DNA of 64,000 bases, from positions 1,612,459 through 1,676,458 of the forward strand of contig OY969553.1 in assembly GCA_963700925.1 (NCBI GenBank). The letters run 5' to 3'. The stretch comes from an uncultured Actinomycetota bacterium (GTDB lineage Bacteria; Actinomycetota; Actinomycetes; Actinomycetales; CAWJMD01). The notes below the pieces were generated by a model. It was not told where the DNA came from. It saw only the letters and a program-made list of their open reading frames with translations, and did no database searches. The position numbers were made by a program, and so were the translations under genes. Shown here one piece after another: positions 25,159 through 34,519 of this stretch (positions are counted from its first letter, which is position 1; each line of letters opens with the position of its first letter).

Positions 25159-25986
25159 CTACTTCGCCTCGCGGCGCATGCTCAGCACGATCCCCACAAC
25201 CAGCGGCACGAAGACCCAGACCGTCAGCGCCAGAGCGATCTTCGGCACGGAGGTGTAGATGTCCTGAGTGGCGATCTGGTCCATCGCCGACCACACGTCC
25301 AGCCACTCGGACTTGGTGCCGAACACCTCCGGTCCCGCCACCGCCCAACCGGTCGGTAGCACGTAGTAGGCCACCAGCCCCACCGCGGTGTTGCCGGCCA
25401 GTGCCCCGACCCCGAAGGCCATCATGAGGTTGAGGACGGTCATGATCGCGAGTCCGGTGACTGCGTCGACGCTCCCGACCCAGATGGCCGTCTCGCCGGT
25501 GATCGCAGCTCCGGCGATCACCCCCAGCGCGGTGAGTGCCGCCACCACCGCCGAGGCAGCGACGCCCAGCAGCACCGCGGCCAGGACCTTGGCCGTGATC
25601 ACGCGTCCGCGGCGAGGCACCAGCGTGAAGGTCGAGAGGGCCGTGCGCTGCGACCATTCCGACGTCATGGCCATCACACCGATCACGGGCAACAGCAGCA
25701 TCACCCCGATCGTCACGTTGCCCAGGTACCCGGTGAACGCGACGTCCGCCTGGTCGGCCTTGAACAGTCGGTAGCCCAGCGCCGCAACGGCAAGCCCGAG
25801 GATCGCGAGCATCACCCACAGGCCCGAGCGTGTGTCGAGGCTCTTGCGCAGCTCCATCCGCACCAGGCGCGACATGGACGGTCCGGGGGCCTCGAGGGCC
25901 GCGCTCGCGTCGCGCACCGGCGAGAGGGAGGTGTTCAGGTCAGGCAGCTTCTCGAGGCTGGCCGCCCCGGCGGCGATGACGGTCAT
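25159..25986 (-). CDS. ABC-2 type transporter permease
   Basis: 275 aa and about 6 TM segments. ATGA overlap with the upstream ATPase gene (25983-25986). Confidence 0.8.
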   Translation of the reverse strand: MTVIAAGAASLEKLPDLNTSLSPVRDASAALEAPGPSMSRLVRMELRKSLDTRSGLWVMLAILGLAVAALGYRLFKADQADVAFTGYLGNVTIGVMLLLPVIGVMAMTSEWSQRTALSTFTLVPRRGRVITAKVLAAVLLGVAASAVVAALTALGVIAGAAITGETAIWVGSVDAVTGLAIMTVLNLMMAFGVGALAGNTAVGLVAYYVLPTGWAVAGPEVFGTKSEWLDVWSAMDQIATQDIYTSVPKIALALTVWVFVPLVVGIVLSMRREAK

Positions 25987-26900
25987 GCTGCGCTCCTGGT
26001 GGTGACGTTGGCGTTGGCATTGGGCGAGGCGCCCGAGGTGAGGGAGAAGAAGAGCTCTTCGAGGCCGGCACCGTCGGTGTCGCGCAGCTCCGTGATGACC
26101 TGCCCGCCGGCGGCTGCGGCGCGGCCGACGGTCTCCCGGTCGGCGTCGACGGTGAACGCGCCGTCGCCGGTGTATCGGGCCTCGAGACCGGCGGCGGCGA
26201 GCGCCGACATCAGGCCAGCCGCGTCGAGAGCGCGGACGACGACCCCTGAGGTGCTCAGCAGCTCACTCAGGTCCCCGTCCGCGATGATCCTGCCGTTGCC
26301 GATCACGACCAGGCGGTCGACCGTCGCCTCCACCTCGGTGAGCAGGTGGCTCGACAGCAGCACCGTGCCTCCGCGCTCGGCGAAGTCGCGCACCAGGGCG
26401 CGCATCCAGCGGATCCCCTCGGGGTCGAGCCCGTTGGCGGGCTCGTCGAGGATGAGGACGTGCGGGTCGCCGATCAGGGCCTGCGCAATGCCCAGCCGCT
26501 GGCGCATGCCGAGCGAGTACTGGCCGACGCGGCGGCCGGCGGCGCCGGTCAGGTCGACCCGTTCGAGCATCTCGTCGATGCGCCCCTTGGGCGCTCGGGT
26601 GGCTGAGGCTGCGAGTGAGAGGGTCTCCCGTCCGGTTCGGCCAGGGTGCTGCGCGGCGGCGTCGAGCATCGACCCGACGAGGCGGCCGGGGTTGCGCAGG
26701 TCGCGGTAGGCACGACCGGCGATCGACGTCGCTCCGGACGTGGGTGAGGTGAGGCCGGTCAGCATCCGCAGGGTGGTCGACTTGCCGGCCCCGTTCGGGC
26801 CGAGGAAGCCGGTCACGGTGCCGGCGGCACAGCTGAAGCTGACGTCGTCGACGGCGGTGTGCGATCCATAGCGCTTGGTGAGGTGTTCCACAGTGATCAT
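25983..26900 (-). CDS. ABC transporter ATP-binding protein
   Basis: Track ORF 25983..26927; ATG 26900 (MITVEHLTKRYG). Walker A GPNGAGKST, signature SLGMRQRL, Walker B LILDEPANGLD. Confidence 0.9.
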   Translation of the reverse strand: MITVEHLTKRYGSHTAVDDVSFSCAAGTVTGFLGPNGAGKSTTLRMLTGLTSPTSGATSIAGRAYRDLRNPGRLVGSMLDAAAQHPGRTGRETLSLAASATRAPKGRIDEMLERVDLTGAAGRRVGQYSLGMRQRLGIAQALIGDPHVLILDEPANGLDPEGIRWMRALVRDFAERGGTVLLSSHLLTEVEATVDRLVVIGNGRIIADGDLSELLSTSGVVVRALDAAGLMSALAAAGLEARYTGDGAFTVDADRETVGRAAAAGGQVITELRDTDGAGLEELFFSLTSGASPNANANVTTRSAA

Positions 26901-27042
26901 GCCAAGAAGCATCGGTGCCACGGGCACCTCTTCTCATCGGCTGGGAGGCTCGTTCACCCTCGACCAAAGTCGCTTCTCGCGACGGTGACCCCCCACCCTG
27001 CGGCGGACGTCCGGAACCCGGAGCGCGGCCTACGCTGACGCA

Positions 27043-28263
27043 GTGAGGATCGTTGAGCGAGCACAGGCGGTGTGGCTGCGAAGCCGCGACCCGCTTGCGC
27101 ACGCCGTGTACATCGGCGCGGGTCTGGTCGGAACCGGCATCTCGGCGTCGGCGGCATGGGCGGTCAGCGTCGAGGCGGGGATCTTGGCATCGATCGTCGG
27201 CGTTGCCCTGTCGGTGCTCCTCGTCTGGCGCCGCACGTGGCCGGTCGCGATCGCGGTCGCCGCGATCGTCGGGGTGGCGATCGGGTTCGCGGACGGACCC
27301 GCCTGGCTGGCGATCTTCTCCCTCTCGATCCGGCGACGTGACCGGGTGCTGTGGATCGTGGTCGGCCTGACGTGGCTTACCTCGATCATCTCGGCGCAGG
27401 CCCTGGGCGTGCCCGTGAGCGCAGGGTTCTTCCTCGCGTCGTCGTCGTACGGCGCCGCCGTGGCGTTCGGCGCGTACATCGGGGCGCGGCGAGACCTGCT
27501 GCAGAACCTGCGGGAGCGGGCCGAGCGGGCCGAGGCGGAGCAGGCTCTTCGCAGCGACCAGGCCCGGCTCGCGGAGCGCGCGCGGATCGCGCAGGAGATG
27601 CACGACGTGCTGGCGCACAAGATCTCGCTCGTGACGCTGCAGGCCGGCGGCCTCGAGGTGCGCCCCGACTCCGGGGCCGCCGACGTGGAGCGCGTGGCCG
27701 GCATGATCAGGGTCACCGCGCGCCAGGCACTCGAGGACCTGCGCGGCGTGCTCGGGGTGCTGCGCGGCGCCGACACCGACGCCCAGACGGACGGCACCGA
27801 GCTGGTCCCCCAGCCAACGCTCGAAGACGTGGTGCCTCTGGTCGAGTCGTCGCGCTCAGCCGGCGTCGCAGTCACGCTCAACTGGGAGGTCCCCGAAGGT
27901 CTCGTCGTTCCAGACGTGTTGGGGCGCACCATGTTCCGTGTCGTGCAGGAGGCCCTGACGAACGTGCACAAGCACGCCCGAGGCGCGTCGACCCGCGTGC
28001 ACGTGCGCGCCGTGCCGGGGCACCGGCTCGACGTCGAGGTGGCCAACCGACGTCCGGTCGGCACCGACATCGAGCCCTTGCTGCCCGGCACGGGCGCCGG
28101 TCTGGCCGGTATCACCGAGCGCGTCAGGCTGGCCGGCGGTGCCGTGTGGGCAGGGCCGACGCAGGACGGCTTCCTGCTGCGCGCGACGATCCCCTGGCCT
28201 GCGGGTCCGGCGAGCACGCCGCCCGTCCCGTCCGAGATACCCCGCCTGGAGGCCCGCCCGTGA
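27043..28263 (+). CDS. Sensor histidine kinase (HisKA_3 / NarL-partner type)
   Basis: 406 aa from GTG 27043. N-terminal TM segments, H-box ERARIAQEMHDVLAHKISL, N-box EALTNVHKHA, G-box GTGAGLAGITERV. Confidence 0.9.
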   Translation: MRIVERAQAVWLRSRDPLAHAVYIGAGLVGTGISASAAWAVSVEAGILASIVGVALSVLLVWRRTWPVAIAVAAIVGVAIGFADGPAWLAIFSLSIRRRDRVLWIVVGLTWLTSIISAQALGVPVSAGFFLASSSYGAAVAFGAYIGARRDLLQNLRERAERAEAEQALRSDQARLAERARIAQEMHDVLAHKISLVTLQAGGLEVRPDSGAADVERVAGMIRVTARQALEDLRGVLGVLRGADTDAQTDGTELVPQPTLEDVVPLVESSRSAGVAVTLNWEVPEGLVVPDVLGRTMFRVVQEALTNVHKHARGASTRVHVRAVPGHRLDVEVANRRPVGTDIEPLLPGTGAGLAGITERVRLAGGAVWAGPTQDGFLLRATIPWPAGPASTPPVPSEIPRLEARP

Positions 28264-28919
28264 CCAAGGTCCTGCTCGTCGACGACGACGCGCTCGTGCG
28301 CGCCGGCCTGTCGATGATCCTGTCGTCCGCCGAGGACCTCGAAGTGGTCGGTGAGGCGCAGGACGGGGCGGCCGCGATCGAGCTGGTGCGCCTGCACCGT
28401 CCCGACGTCGTGCTGATGGACATCCGGATGCCGAAGATGGACGGGCTGACCGCCACGGCCGAGCTCGCGAAGCTGACGCCGGCCCCGAAGGTGGTCGTGC
28501 TGACGACCTTCGACCTCGACGACTACGTGTTCCGAGCACTCGAGGCCGGGGCGAGCGGGTTCCTGCTCAAGGACACGCCGCCCCGCGAGCTCGTGGCAGC
28601 AGTGCGGATCGTCGCCGCGGGCGAGGCGATGCTCTCCCCCACGGTGACTCGCACCCTGATCGGCCACTACGCCGCCGACGGAGCCGACTCCCGCCGCCGC
28701 GAGGCCCTCGGACGGCTGCGCGTGCTGACCGACCGCGAGCGCGAGGTGCTGGTGGCGGTCGGACGGGGACTGTCGAACGCCGAGATCGGACGGACGCTGT
28801 TCCTCTCGGAGGCGACCGTCAAGGCGCACGTGTCGAAGCTGCTGCTCAAGCTGGGTGCCACGAACCGGGTGCAGGTCGCGATCCTGGCCCACGACGCGGG
28901 GTTGCTCTCAGACCGATGA
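28260..28919 (+). CDS. Response regulator, NarL/LuxR family
   Basis: GTG 28260 forms GTGA with the kinase stop. Receiver motifs VLLVDDDALVRAGL, DVVLMDIRMPKMDG. HTH LTDREREVLVAVGRGLSNAEIGRTLFLSEATVKAHVSKLLLKLG. Confidence 0.9.
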   Translation: MTKVLLVDDDALVRAGLSMILSSAEDLEVVGEAQDGAAAIELVRLHRPDVVLMDIRMPKMDGLTATAELAKLTPAPKVVVLTTFDLDDYVFRALEAGASGFLLKDTPPRELVAAVRIVAAGEAMLSPTVTRTLIGHYAADGADSRRREALGRLRVLTDREREVLVAVGRGLSNAEIGRTLFLSEATVKAHVSKLLLKLGATNRVQVAILAHDAGLLSDR

Positions 28920-29299
28920 GGACAGTCCGTCTCAACGACAGTCGCTCGCACCTGGCCATGGCCCGCGAGTTTCTCGAAGCCGCGCAGGTGTGCCTCGATC
29001 TCGACCTCTTCAACGCTGCGACGTCGAACGCGATCACCAGCGCGATCAGCTCGAAGCACGCGATCTGCCTGTTTCTGGTGGGCCGAACGGCCACGAGCAA
29101 CCGCGACGAGGACGCCGTCGCAGAGCTCTCGAAGTCCGGCGAGGAGGGAAAGGACCTCGCACCCACGTTCAGCCGCCTGCTCAGGCTGAGGACGACGTTG
29201 CAAGACCCGAACGTCTCCCTGGCGAAGCCAGAGGCGTCTCGAGCCCTCGAGGCGGCAGTTCGGTTGTTCGAGGCAGCCCGGGGCGTCGTCAGCTCCTGA
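28916..29299 (+). CDS. Small all-helical protein, HEPN-like (tentative)
   Basis: 127 aa. ATGA overlap with the response regulator stop (28916-28919). The helical pattern MAREFLEAAQVCL..AATSNAITSAISSKHAICLFLVG..EASRALEAAVRLFEAA resembles HEPN domains. I found no Rx4-6H motif and no adjacent nucleotidyltransferase. Confidence 0.45.
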   Translation: MRTVRLNDSRSHLAMAREFLEAAQVCLDLDLFNAATSNAITSAISSKHAICLFLVGRTATSNRDEDAVAELSKSGEEGKDLAPTFSRLLRLRTTLQDPNVSLAKPEASRALEAAVRLFEAARGVVSS

Positions 29300-31043
29300 C
29301 GCCATCGGCCCGTGCTGCCGAGAGGCAGGCATCGGGCAGGTCGAACCACCGCAGGCTTTCGAACTCGTCCGAAACCCCTTGCGGCCGTAGGTCTTCCGCG
29401 CCGTCCCCCGCCACGTAGCGAGCGGTCGCCATCAGGCGTCGAGCTTCGACCAGGTACTCCGGCAGGCTCGTGAGCGGCGCCCGGTGGTGTTCACGCGGGT
29501 AGCGGAGATGGCCGCCGGTGTCGTACCCGAGGTCGGAGAGGCGCAGGGGCGGTTCGATGGGCCCGTCGCGGTGCCGCCAGAGGCCGCTCTGGACGTCGAA
29601 CCTGTAGTCGCGCAGCAGCCTCCAGCCGTGGTCGGCAACGAGGTGGACGACCTCGACGACGTACCGGAACACCGGCTCGGAGATGAAGTAGTTGAAGTTC
29701 ACGCGCACCCAGCCGGGCTTGATTCCTTCACAGCCGTCCTCGATCTCGCGCTCGAACCGCCGCGAGTGCTCGAGGTCGATGCCGAGGAGGCGGTGGCCGT
29801 ACGGCCCGGCGCAGGAGCAGCCTCCTCGCGACTGGATGCCGAACAGGTCGTTGAGCAGTGCGACGACGAAGTTGTGGTGCAGGTACCGACCTCCGGGCGC
29901 CCGGACGACGAACGAGACGATCGACAGCCGCTCCGCATCGAGCCTGCCGAGGATCTGGATGCGGGGGTTGTTCTGCCACGACGCGACCGCCCGCTGCAGG
30001 AAGTCGTCCTCGTGAGCCCGGATGGTGTCGACCCCGATGGCGTCCTTGAGCTGGAACACAAGACCGGCGCGGATCGAGCCGATGATCTCCGGCGTGCCAC
30101 CCTCCTCGCGGTGGACCGGGTCGTCGAGGTAGCGGTGCTCCGTCTGGTTCACATAGGTCACCGTGCCGCCGCCGACGACCGCAGGCACGCTGTTGCGCAA
30201 GAGATCTCGCTGCACGACCAGTACGCCGGGCGTTCCCGGGCCGCCGATGAACTTGTGCGGCGAGATGAACACGGCGTCCTTCTGCGCGAGGCGGTCTCCG
30301 TCCGGCATCATCTCGATCGTGACGTAGGGGGCGGCGGCGGCGAAGTCCCAGAACGAGAGCGCGCCGTAGCGATGGAGCAGCGTGGTGATCCTGGCTGTCT
30401 CGGCCATGATGCCCGTGACGTTCGACGCCGCCGAGAACGAGCCGATCAGCATGGGCCGGTGGGCGAACCGCTGCAGCTCGGCTTCGAGCGCCTCCGCGTC
30501 GATGCTGCCCTCACTGCTCTCGGGGATGACGACGACGTCGGCGATGGACTCCCTCCACGGCAGCTCGTTGCTGTGGTGCTCGAACGGCCCGATGAAGACT
30601 ACGGGACGCTCGTCCGCCGGAATCTGTTGGGAGAGACCGTATTTCAAGTCGAGCTCGCGTGGAAGTCGCAAGTTGAGGATGTTCACCAGCTTGTCGACCG
30701 CTCCGGTGCTGCCCGAACCGCAGAAGATCACGCAGGTGTCGTCGTCACCTCCGACGGCGTCGCGGATGATGCGGCGGGCGTCCTCCCGGAGCCGGGTCGT
30801 CTGAAGGCCGGTTCCCGAGCTTTCGGTGTGCGTGTTCGCGTAGCGGGGCAGTACCTCGCCGCGGATGAAGTCCTCGATGAAGCTCAGCGACCGGCCCGAC
30901 GCGGTGTAGTCGGCGTAGGTGACCCGGCGCGCCCCGTACGGGCCGACCATCACCTGGTCGTCACCGATCACCGAGTTGCGGATGGCTCGCAGCAGCGGGG
31001 TTGCTGGCGGTGCCGTCGACCGAGCCACGCCGGAGGAGGCCAT
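29289..31043 (-). CDS. Aminotransferase class V-fold PLP-dependent enzyme, long form (584 aa)
   Basis: Motifs YANTHTESSGTG, FEHHSNELPW, PLP-lysine context FISPHKFIGGPGTPGVLVV, and GGCSCAGPYGH. Confidence 0.8.
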   Translation of the reverse strand: MASSGVARSTAPPATPLLRAIRNSVIGDDQVMVGPYGARRVTYADYTASGRSLSFIEDFIRGEVLPRYANTHTESSGTGLQTTRLREDARRIIRDAVGGDDDTCVIFCGSGSTGAVDKLVNILNLRLPRELDLKYGLSQQIPADERPVVFIGPFEHHSNELPWRESIADVVVIPESSEGSIDAEALEAELQRFAHRPMLIGSFSAASNVTGIMAETARITTLLHRYGALSFWDFAAAAPYVTIEMMPDGDRLAQKDAVFISPHKFIGGPGTPGVLVVQRDLLRNSVPAVVGGGTVTYVNQTEHRYLDDPVHREEGGTPEIIGSIRAGLVFQLKDAIGVDTIRAHEDDFLQRAVASWQNNPRIQILGRLDAERLSIVSFVVRAPGGRYLHHNFVVALLNDLFGIQSRGGCSCAGPYGHRLLGIDLEHSRRFEREIEDGCEGIKPGWVRVNFNYFISEPVFRYVVEVVHLVADHGWRLLRDYRFDVQSGLWRHRDGPIEPPLRLSDLGYDTGGHLRYPREHHRAPLTSLPEYLVEARRLMATARYVAGDGAEDLRPQGVSDEFESLRWFDLPDACLSAARADGVRS

Positions 31044-31052
31044 CCAGCGAGG

Positions 31053-31397
31053 CTAACCCCAGCCGAGCTCGTGGAGGCGGTCGTCCTCGATGCCGAAGTG
31101 GTGCGCGATCTCGTGAACGACGGTGATGGCGACCTCCTCCACCACGTCGTCGACGGAGTCGCAGACGGCAAGCGTCGGGTTGCGGTAGATCGTGATGCGG
31201 TCGGGCAGCGAGCCGGCGGCCCACCACGAGTCGCGCTCGGTCAGGGGGGTCCCCTCGTAGAGGCCGAGCAGGTGCGGGTCCGACTCAGGGGCCTCGTCCT
31301 CGACCAGCACGACGACATTCGACATCTGCGCGGCCAGCTCCTCCGGGACCAGGTCGAGGGCGTCGCTGACCGCCTCTTCGAACGCCTCCCGGCTCAT
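31053..31397 (-). CDS. Small zinicin-like metallopeptidase family protein (HExxH)
   Basis: Track ORF 31053..31559; ATG 31397 (MSREAFEEAVSDALDLVPEEL). C-terminal VVHEIAHHFGIEDDRLHELGW. Lies 9 nt upstream of the PLP enzyme gene. Confidence 0.75.
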   Translation of the reverse strand: MSREAFEEAVSDALDLVPEELAAQMSNVVVLVEDEAPESDPHLLGLYEGTPLTERDSWWAAGSLPDRITIYRNPTLAVCDSVDDVVEEVAITVVHEIAHHFGIEDDRLHELGWG

Positions 31398-31476
31398 GTC
31401 CACCACGCGACCATCCTGCCGGGCCAGGGAGAGCGACGCGCAACCGCACTTCTGCGGGACGGAGCACACTGGGCCC

Positions 31477-34419
31477 GTGCGACCGACCGCAAGGCTCCGG
31501 CTTCTCGGGCCGTTCGACCTCCGTGTCGACGGCCGCACGACGACATCACTGGAGTCCACCCGCGCAGAGTCGCTCGTGGCGTACCTGCTGCTGCACCAGG
31601 GAGCACCGACGGCCCGTCAGCGCCTAGCCTTCATGCTCTGGCCGGAATCGACCGAGAGCCAGGCCCGAACGAACCTGCGGCACGTCCTCCACACGCTGCG
31701 AGCCCGCGCGCCCGAGATCGACCGCTGTCTCGTCATCACCCACCACACCATCGGCTGGCGGCCCGACGTCCCCTGCTGGCTCGACGTTGCCGACTTCGAG
31801 CGACTGATCGCGCACGACTCATACACCGAGAACCGCCGTGAGGCGCTTCAGGAGGCCGTCGGGCTGTATGCCGGTGACCTGCTCGAGGGATGCGAGGACG
31901 AGTGGCTCGTGGGCGACCGGGAGCGCCTGCGGCGCCTGCACCTCGAAGCCCTGGCCGAGCTCGCCGACGTCTGCGAAACCCAGGGTGCGACGGCAGAGTC
32001 GATCGCTCACGCTGAGCGGCTGACGCGCATCGACCCCTTGCGCGAGAAGGCCTATCGGCAGCTGATGCGCATGCACAACGCGCGTGGCGACCGGGCCCGG
32101 GCGCTGAAGGTCTACCACGACTGCAGCACCACCCTCGAGCGCGAGCTGGGTGTGGAGGTGTCCGGCGAGACCCGCACGGCGTACGAGGCCCTGCTCGACC
32201 AGGGGCAGGCCGACCAGGTCGCCCCGGAGCGCGCCCGGGGCCCACGGCTGGTGGGCCGGGCTCGCGAGCGCGCCCGGCTCGCCGAGTTGTGGAAGGCCAG
32301 CGACGACGGGACGGCGCAGCTAGCGCTCGTGACCGGTGAGTCGGGGGTCGGGAAGACCCGGCTGATCGAGGAGCTCCGTGACTGGTGCAGCCGGCGTGGC
32401 GTGGCTACCGCGGACGCGCGTTGCTACCCCGCCGAGGGCTCACTGGCCTACGGCCCGGTTGCAGCCTGGCTGCGCTCAGCAGCCCTGCGACCACGGCTGC
32501 GCTTGCTCGACGCGACCCAGCAGTCCGAGGTCGCACGGCTGCTGCCCGAGCTGCTCATCGACCTACCGGGGGTGCCGCGTCCGACACCCTTGCCGGAGAG
32601 TGATCAGCGACGGCTGCTGTTCGATGCCGTCGCATCCGTGGTGCTGCGCGGCGGCCCGGTCATGCTCGTGCTGGACGACCTGCAGCACGCTGACCGCCAG
32701 ACCGGCCGCTTGTTGCACTACCTGCTGCGGGTCCAACGCGACGCGCGGTTGCTCGTGGTGGCAACGGCGCGCCGCGAGGAGATCACCACCGGGCACCCCG
32801 CCCACGAGCTGATCACCGGCCTGCAGGCCCTCGGGTGCTTCGCGGAGATCGCTCTCGACCGACTGAGTCTGAGCGACACGGCGGCGCTCGCGAAGGGCTT
32901 GGCGAGTGCCGCTATGACGGAGGCAGACCTGGAGCGCCTCTACGCCGAGACCGAGGGCAATGCGCTGTTCGTCGTCGAGGCGCTCAGAGCGGGCTGGACG
33001 GCGGACCAGCCCCTCAGCCCGCGCGTGCAGGCCGTGATCGCCACCCGTCTCGACCAGCTGAGCAGCTCTGCCAGAGCCCTCGTGGAGGTGGCGGCGACGA
33101 TCGGTCGGGAGTTCACGACGGACGTGCTGACCGCGGCAGCCAGCGAAGCCGAGGACACCCTCGTACGTGGACTCGATGAGCTGTGGCGCCGCCGGATCGT
33201 TCGCGACCTCGGACCCGACACGTACGACTTCAGCCACGGCCGGATCCGCGAGGTCGCCTACCTCGGCCTGAACCCGGCACGGCGTCGCCTGCTGCACCGA
33301 CGCGTCGCCGAGGCGCTGGAACAGTCCGGCGACGGAGCCCCGGCGACGATCGCGGCGCACTACGAACGGGCCGGCATGGCCTCGCAGGCGATCCCCTGGT
33401 ACCACCGCGCGGCGGAGGCCGCCCAGCTGCTGCATGCTTACAGCGAGACGGTTCACCTGCTGCAGCGAGGTCTGGATCTCGTTGGCTCGCAGGCGGTCTC
33501 AGCGAGGCGCGATGCAACTGAGCTGCAACTGCAGACAGCACTGCTGCCGGCTCTCGTGCTGCTGGTGACCTACTCGTCTCCTGTCTTGTCTGCCGCGCAG
33601 ACGCGGGCCCTCGAGCTGGCAGGGAAGCTCGGCGAGGACCCCTCGCCGCCGCTGCTGCGCTCCTTGGCGCTGAGCGCCCTGACCAGAGGCGACTTCGTCG
33701 GCGCCGCGAGGTACGGCCACGATCTTCGAGCGGCTGGCGAGAGCGTGTCCGATGACAGCCTCGTCGTGGAGGCGGAGTACGTACTCGGAGTCTCGACGTT
33801 CTGGCAGGCGGACTTCGAGACCGCCCGCAGCCACTTCGAGCTCGCCCTCCACCTGTACCAACCCGAGAACCGTCGCGACCACATGGTTCGTTTCACCCAG
33901 GACCCGAAGGTGGTCTGCCTCGGTCGCCTGGCGAACACCCTGTGGTTCCTCGGGAAGCCGGCCGCCGCGGTAGCGGCTCGCGCTGCGGCCCTGGCGTGGG
34001 CCGAGGAGCTCGAACATCCCTTCAGCTCGGCGATCGCGTTCACGTTCGCTGCTCTGCTGGCCCTGGACATGGGTGACGACGATGGGGTCCGCGTGTATAC
34101 AGCGGCGCTGACGGCTGCGGCGCGGGAGGTGGTGAGTCAGCCCGTCGCCGAGGGGCTCGGCGGCTATGTCGCCGTCCTCGATGGAGATGTGAACAGGGGC
34201 ATCGCCGCCATCCAGGCATCAGTCGAGCGCACCCGCGACGGCGCAGCGGCACCGGGTCAGGCGGCATTCATGGTGCGCGTGCTGCTCGCAGCCTGTCTGG
34301 TGTGCGGCGACGAGCGTGGAGCGCTCGCTGCGGCCGACCGGCTGCTCGACATGGGCGGAGCGGCGTGCGTCTGGGAGAAGGAGGCCCGTCGGGTGCGCGC
34401 GGAGCTCGCCCAACGCTGA
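31477..34419 (+). CDS. SARP/AfsR-family regulator: OmpR-type wHTH + BTAD + P-loop ATPase + TPR-like C-terminus
   Basis: Track ORF 31396..34419. I prefer GTG 31477 (VRPTARLRLLGPF) because ATG 31396 would overlap the divergent ATG 31397. Motifs: BTAD LRRLHLEALAEL..REKAYRQLMRMHNARGDRARALKVYHDC, Walker A VTGESGVGKTRL, Walker B-like LVLDDLQHAD. Confidence 0.85.
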   Translation: MRPTARLRLLGPFDLRVDGRTTTSLESTRAESLVAYLLLHQGAPTARQRLAFMLWPESTESQARTNLRHVLHTLRARAPEIDRCLVITHHTIGWRPDVPCWLDVADFERLIAHDSYTENRREALQEAVGLYAGDLLEGCEDEWLVGDRERLRRLHLEALAELADVCETQGATAESIAHAERLTRIDPLREKAYRQLMRMHNARGDRARALKVYHDCSTTLERELGVEVSGETRTAYEALLDQGQADQVAPERARGPRLVGRARERARLAELWKASDDGTAQLALVTGESGVGKTRLIEELRDWCSRRGVATADARCYPAEGSLAYGPVAAWLRSAALRPRLRLLDATQQSEVARLLPELLIDLPGVPRPTPLPESDQRRLLFDAVASVVLRGGPVMLVLDDLQHADRQTGRLLHYLLRVQRDARLLVVATARREEITTGHPAHELITGLQALGCFAEIALDRLSLSDTAALAKGLASAAMTEADLERLYAETEGNALFVVEALRAGWTADQPLSPRVQAVIATRLDQLSSSARALVEVAATIGREFTTDVLTAAASEAEDTLVRGLDELWRRRIVRDLGPDTYDFSHGRIREVAYLGLNPARRRLLHRRVAEALEQSGDGAPATIAAHYERAGMASQAIPWYHRAAEAAQLLHAYSETVHLLQRGLDLVGSQAVSARRDATELQLQTALLPALVLLVTYSSPVLSAAQTRALELAGKLGEDPSPPLLRSLALSALTRGDFVGAARYGHDLRAAGESVSDDSLVVEAEYVLGVSTFWQADFETARSHFELALHLYQPENRRDHMVRFTQDPKVVCLGRLANTLWFLGKPAAAVAARAAALAWAEELEHPFSSAIAFTFAALLALDMGDDDGVRVYTAALTAAAREVVSQPVAEGLGGYVAVLDGDVNRGIAAIQASVERTRDGAAAPGQAAFMVRVLLAACLVCGDERGALAAADRLLDMGGAACVWEKEARRVRAELAQR

Positions 34420-34519
34420 GGCCCGTCGATCACGACACGGTGGAACACCGGCGGAACGGCTGCGGAACGCCCGGTTCGACAGCCTGGCCGCTCAACCCAC
34501 CTGGAGGAGGCGGTTCTGA

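Noticed and set aside
31396-31476. ATG 31396 as start of the SARP regulator
   Set aside because: It would overlap the divergent ATG 31397 (TCATGT) and leave no promoter. The first 27 codons are not SARP-like, and the wHTH begins right after GTG 31477. It is kept as an alternative only.
24098-31841. Other very long antisense ORFs (24098..25819 -, 27030..28892 -, 29484..31841 +) and 49582..51537 -
   Set aside because: Each lies opposite a gene with clear motifs (topoisomerase IB/ABC permease, HK/RR, PLP enzyme, iolC/aldolase). All show the same Arg/Pro/Gly-rich shadow-ORF composition.
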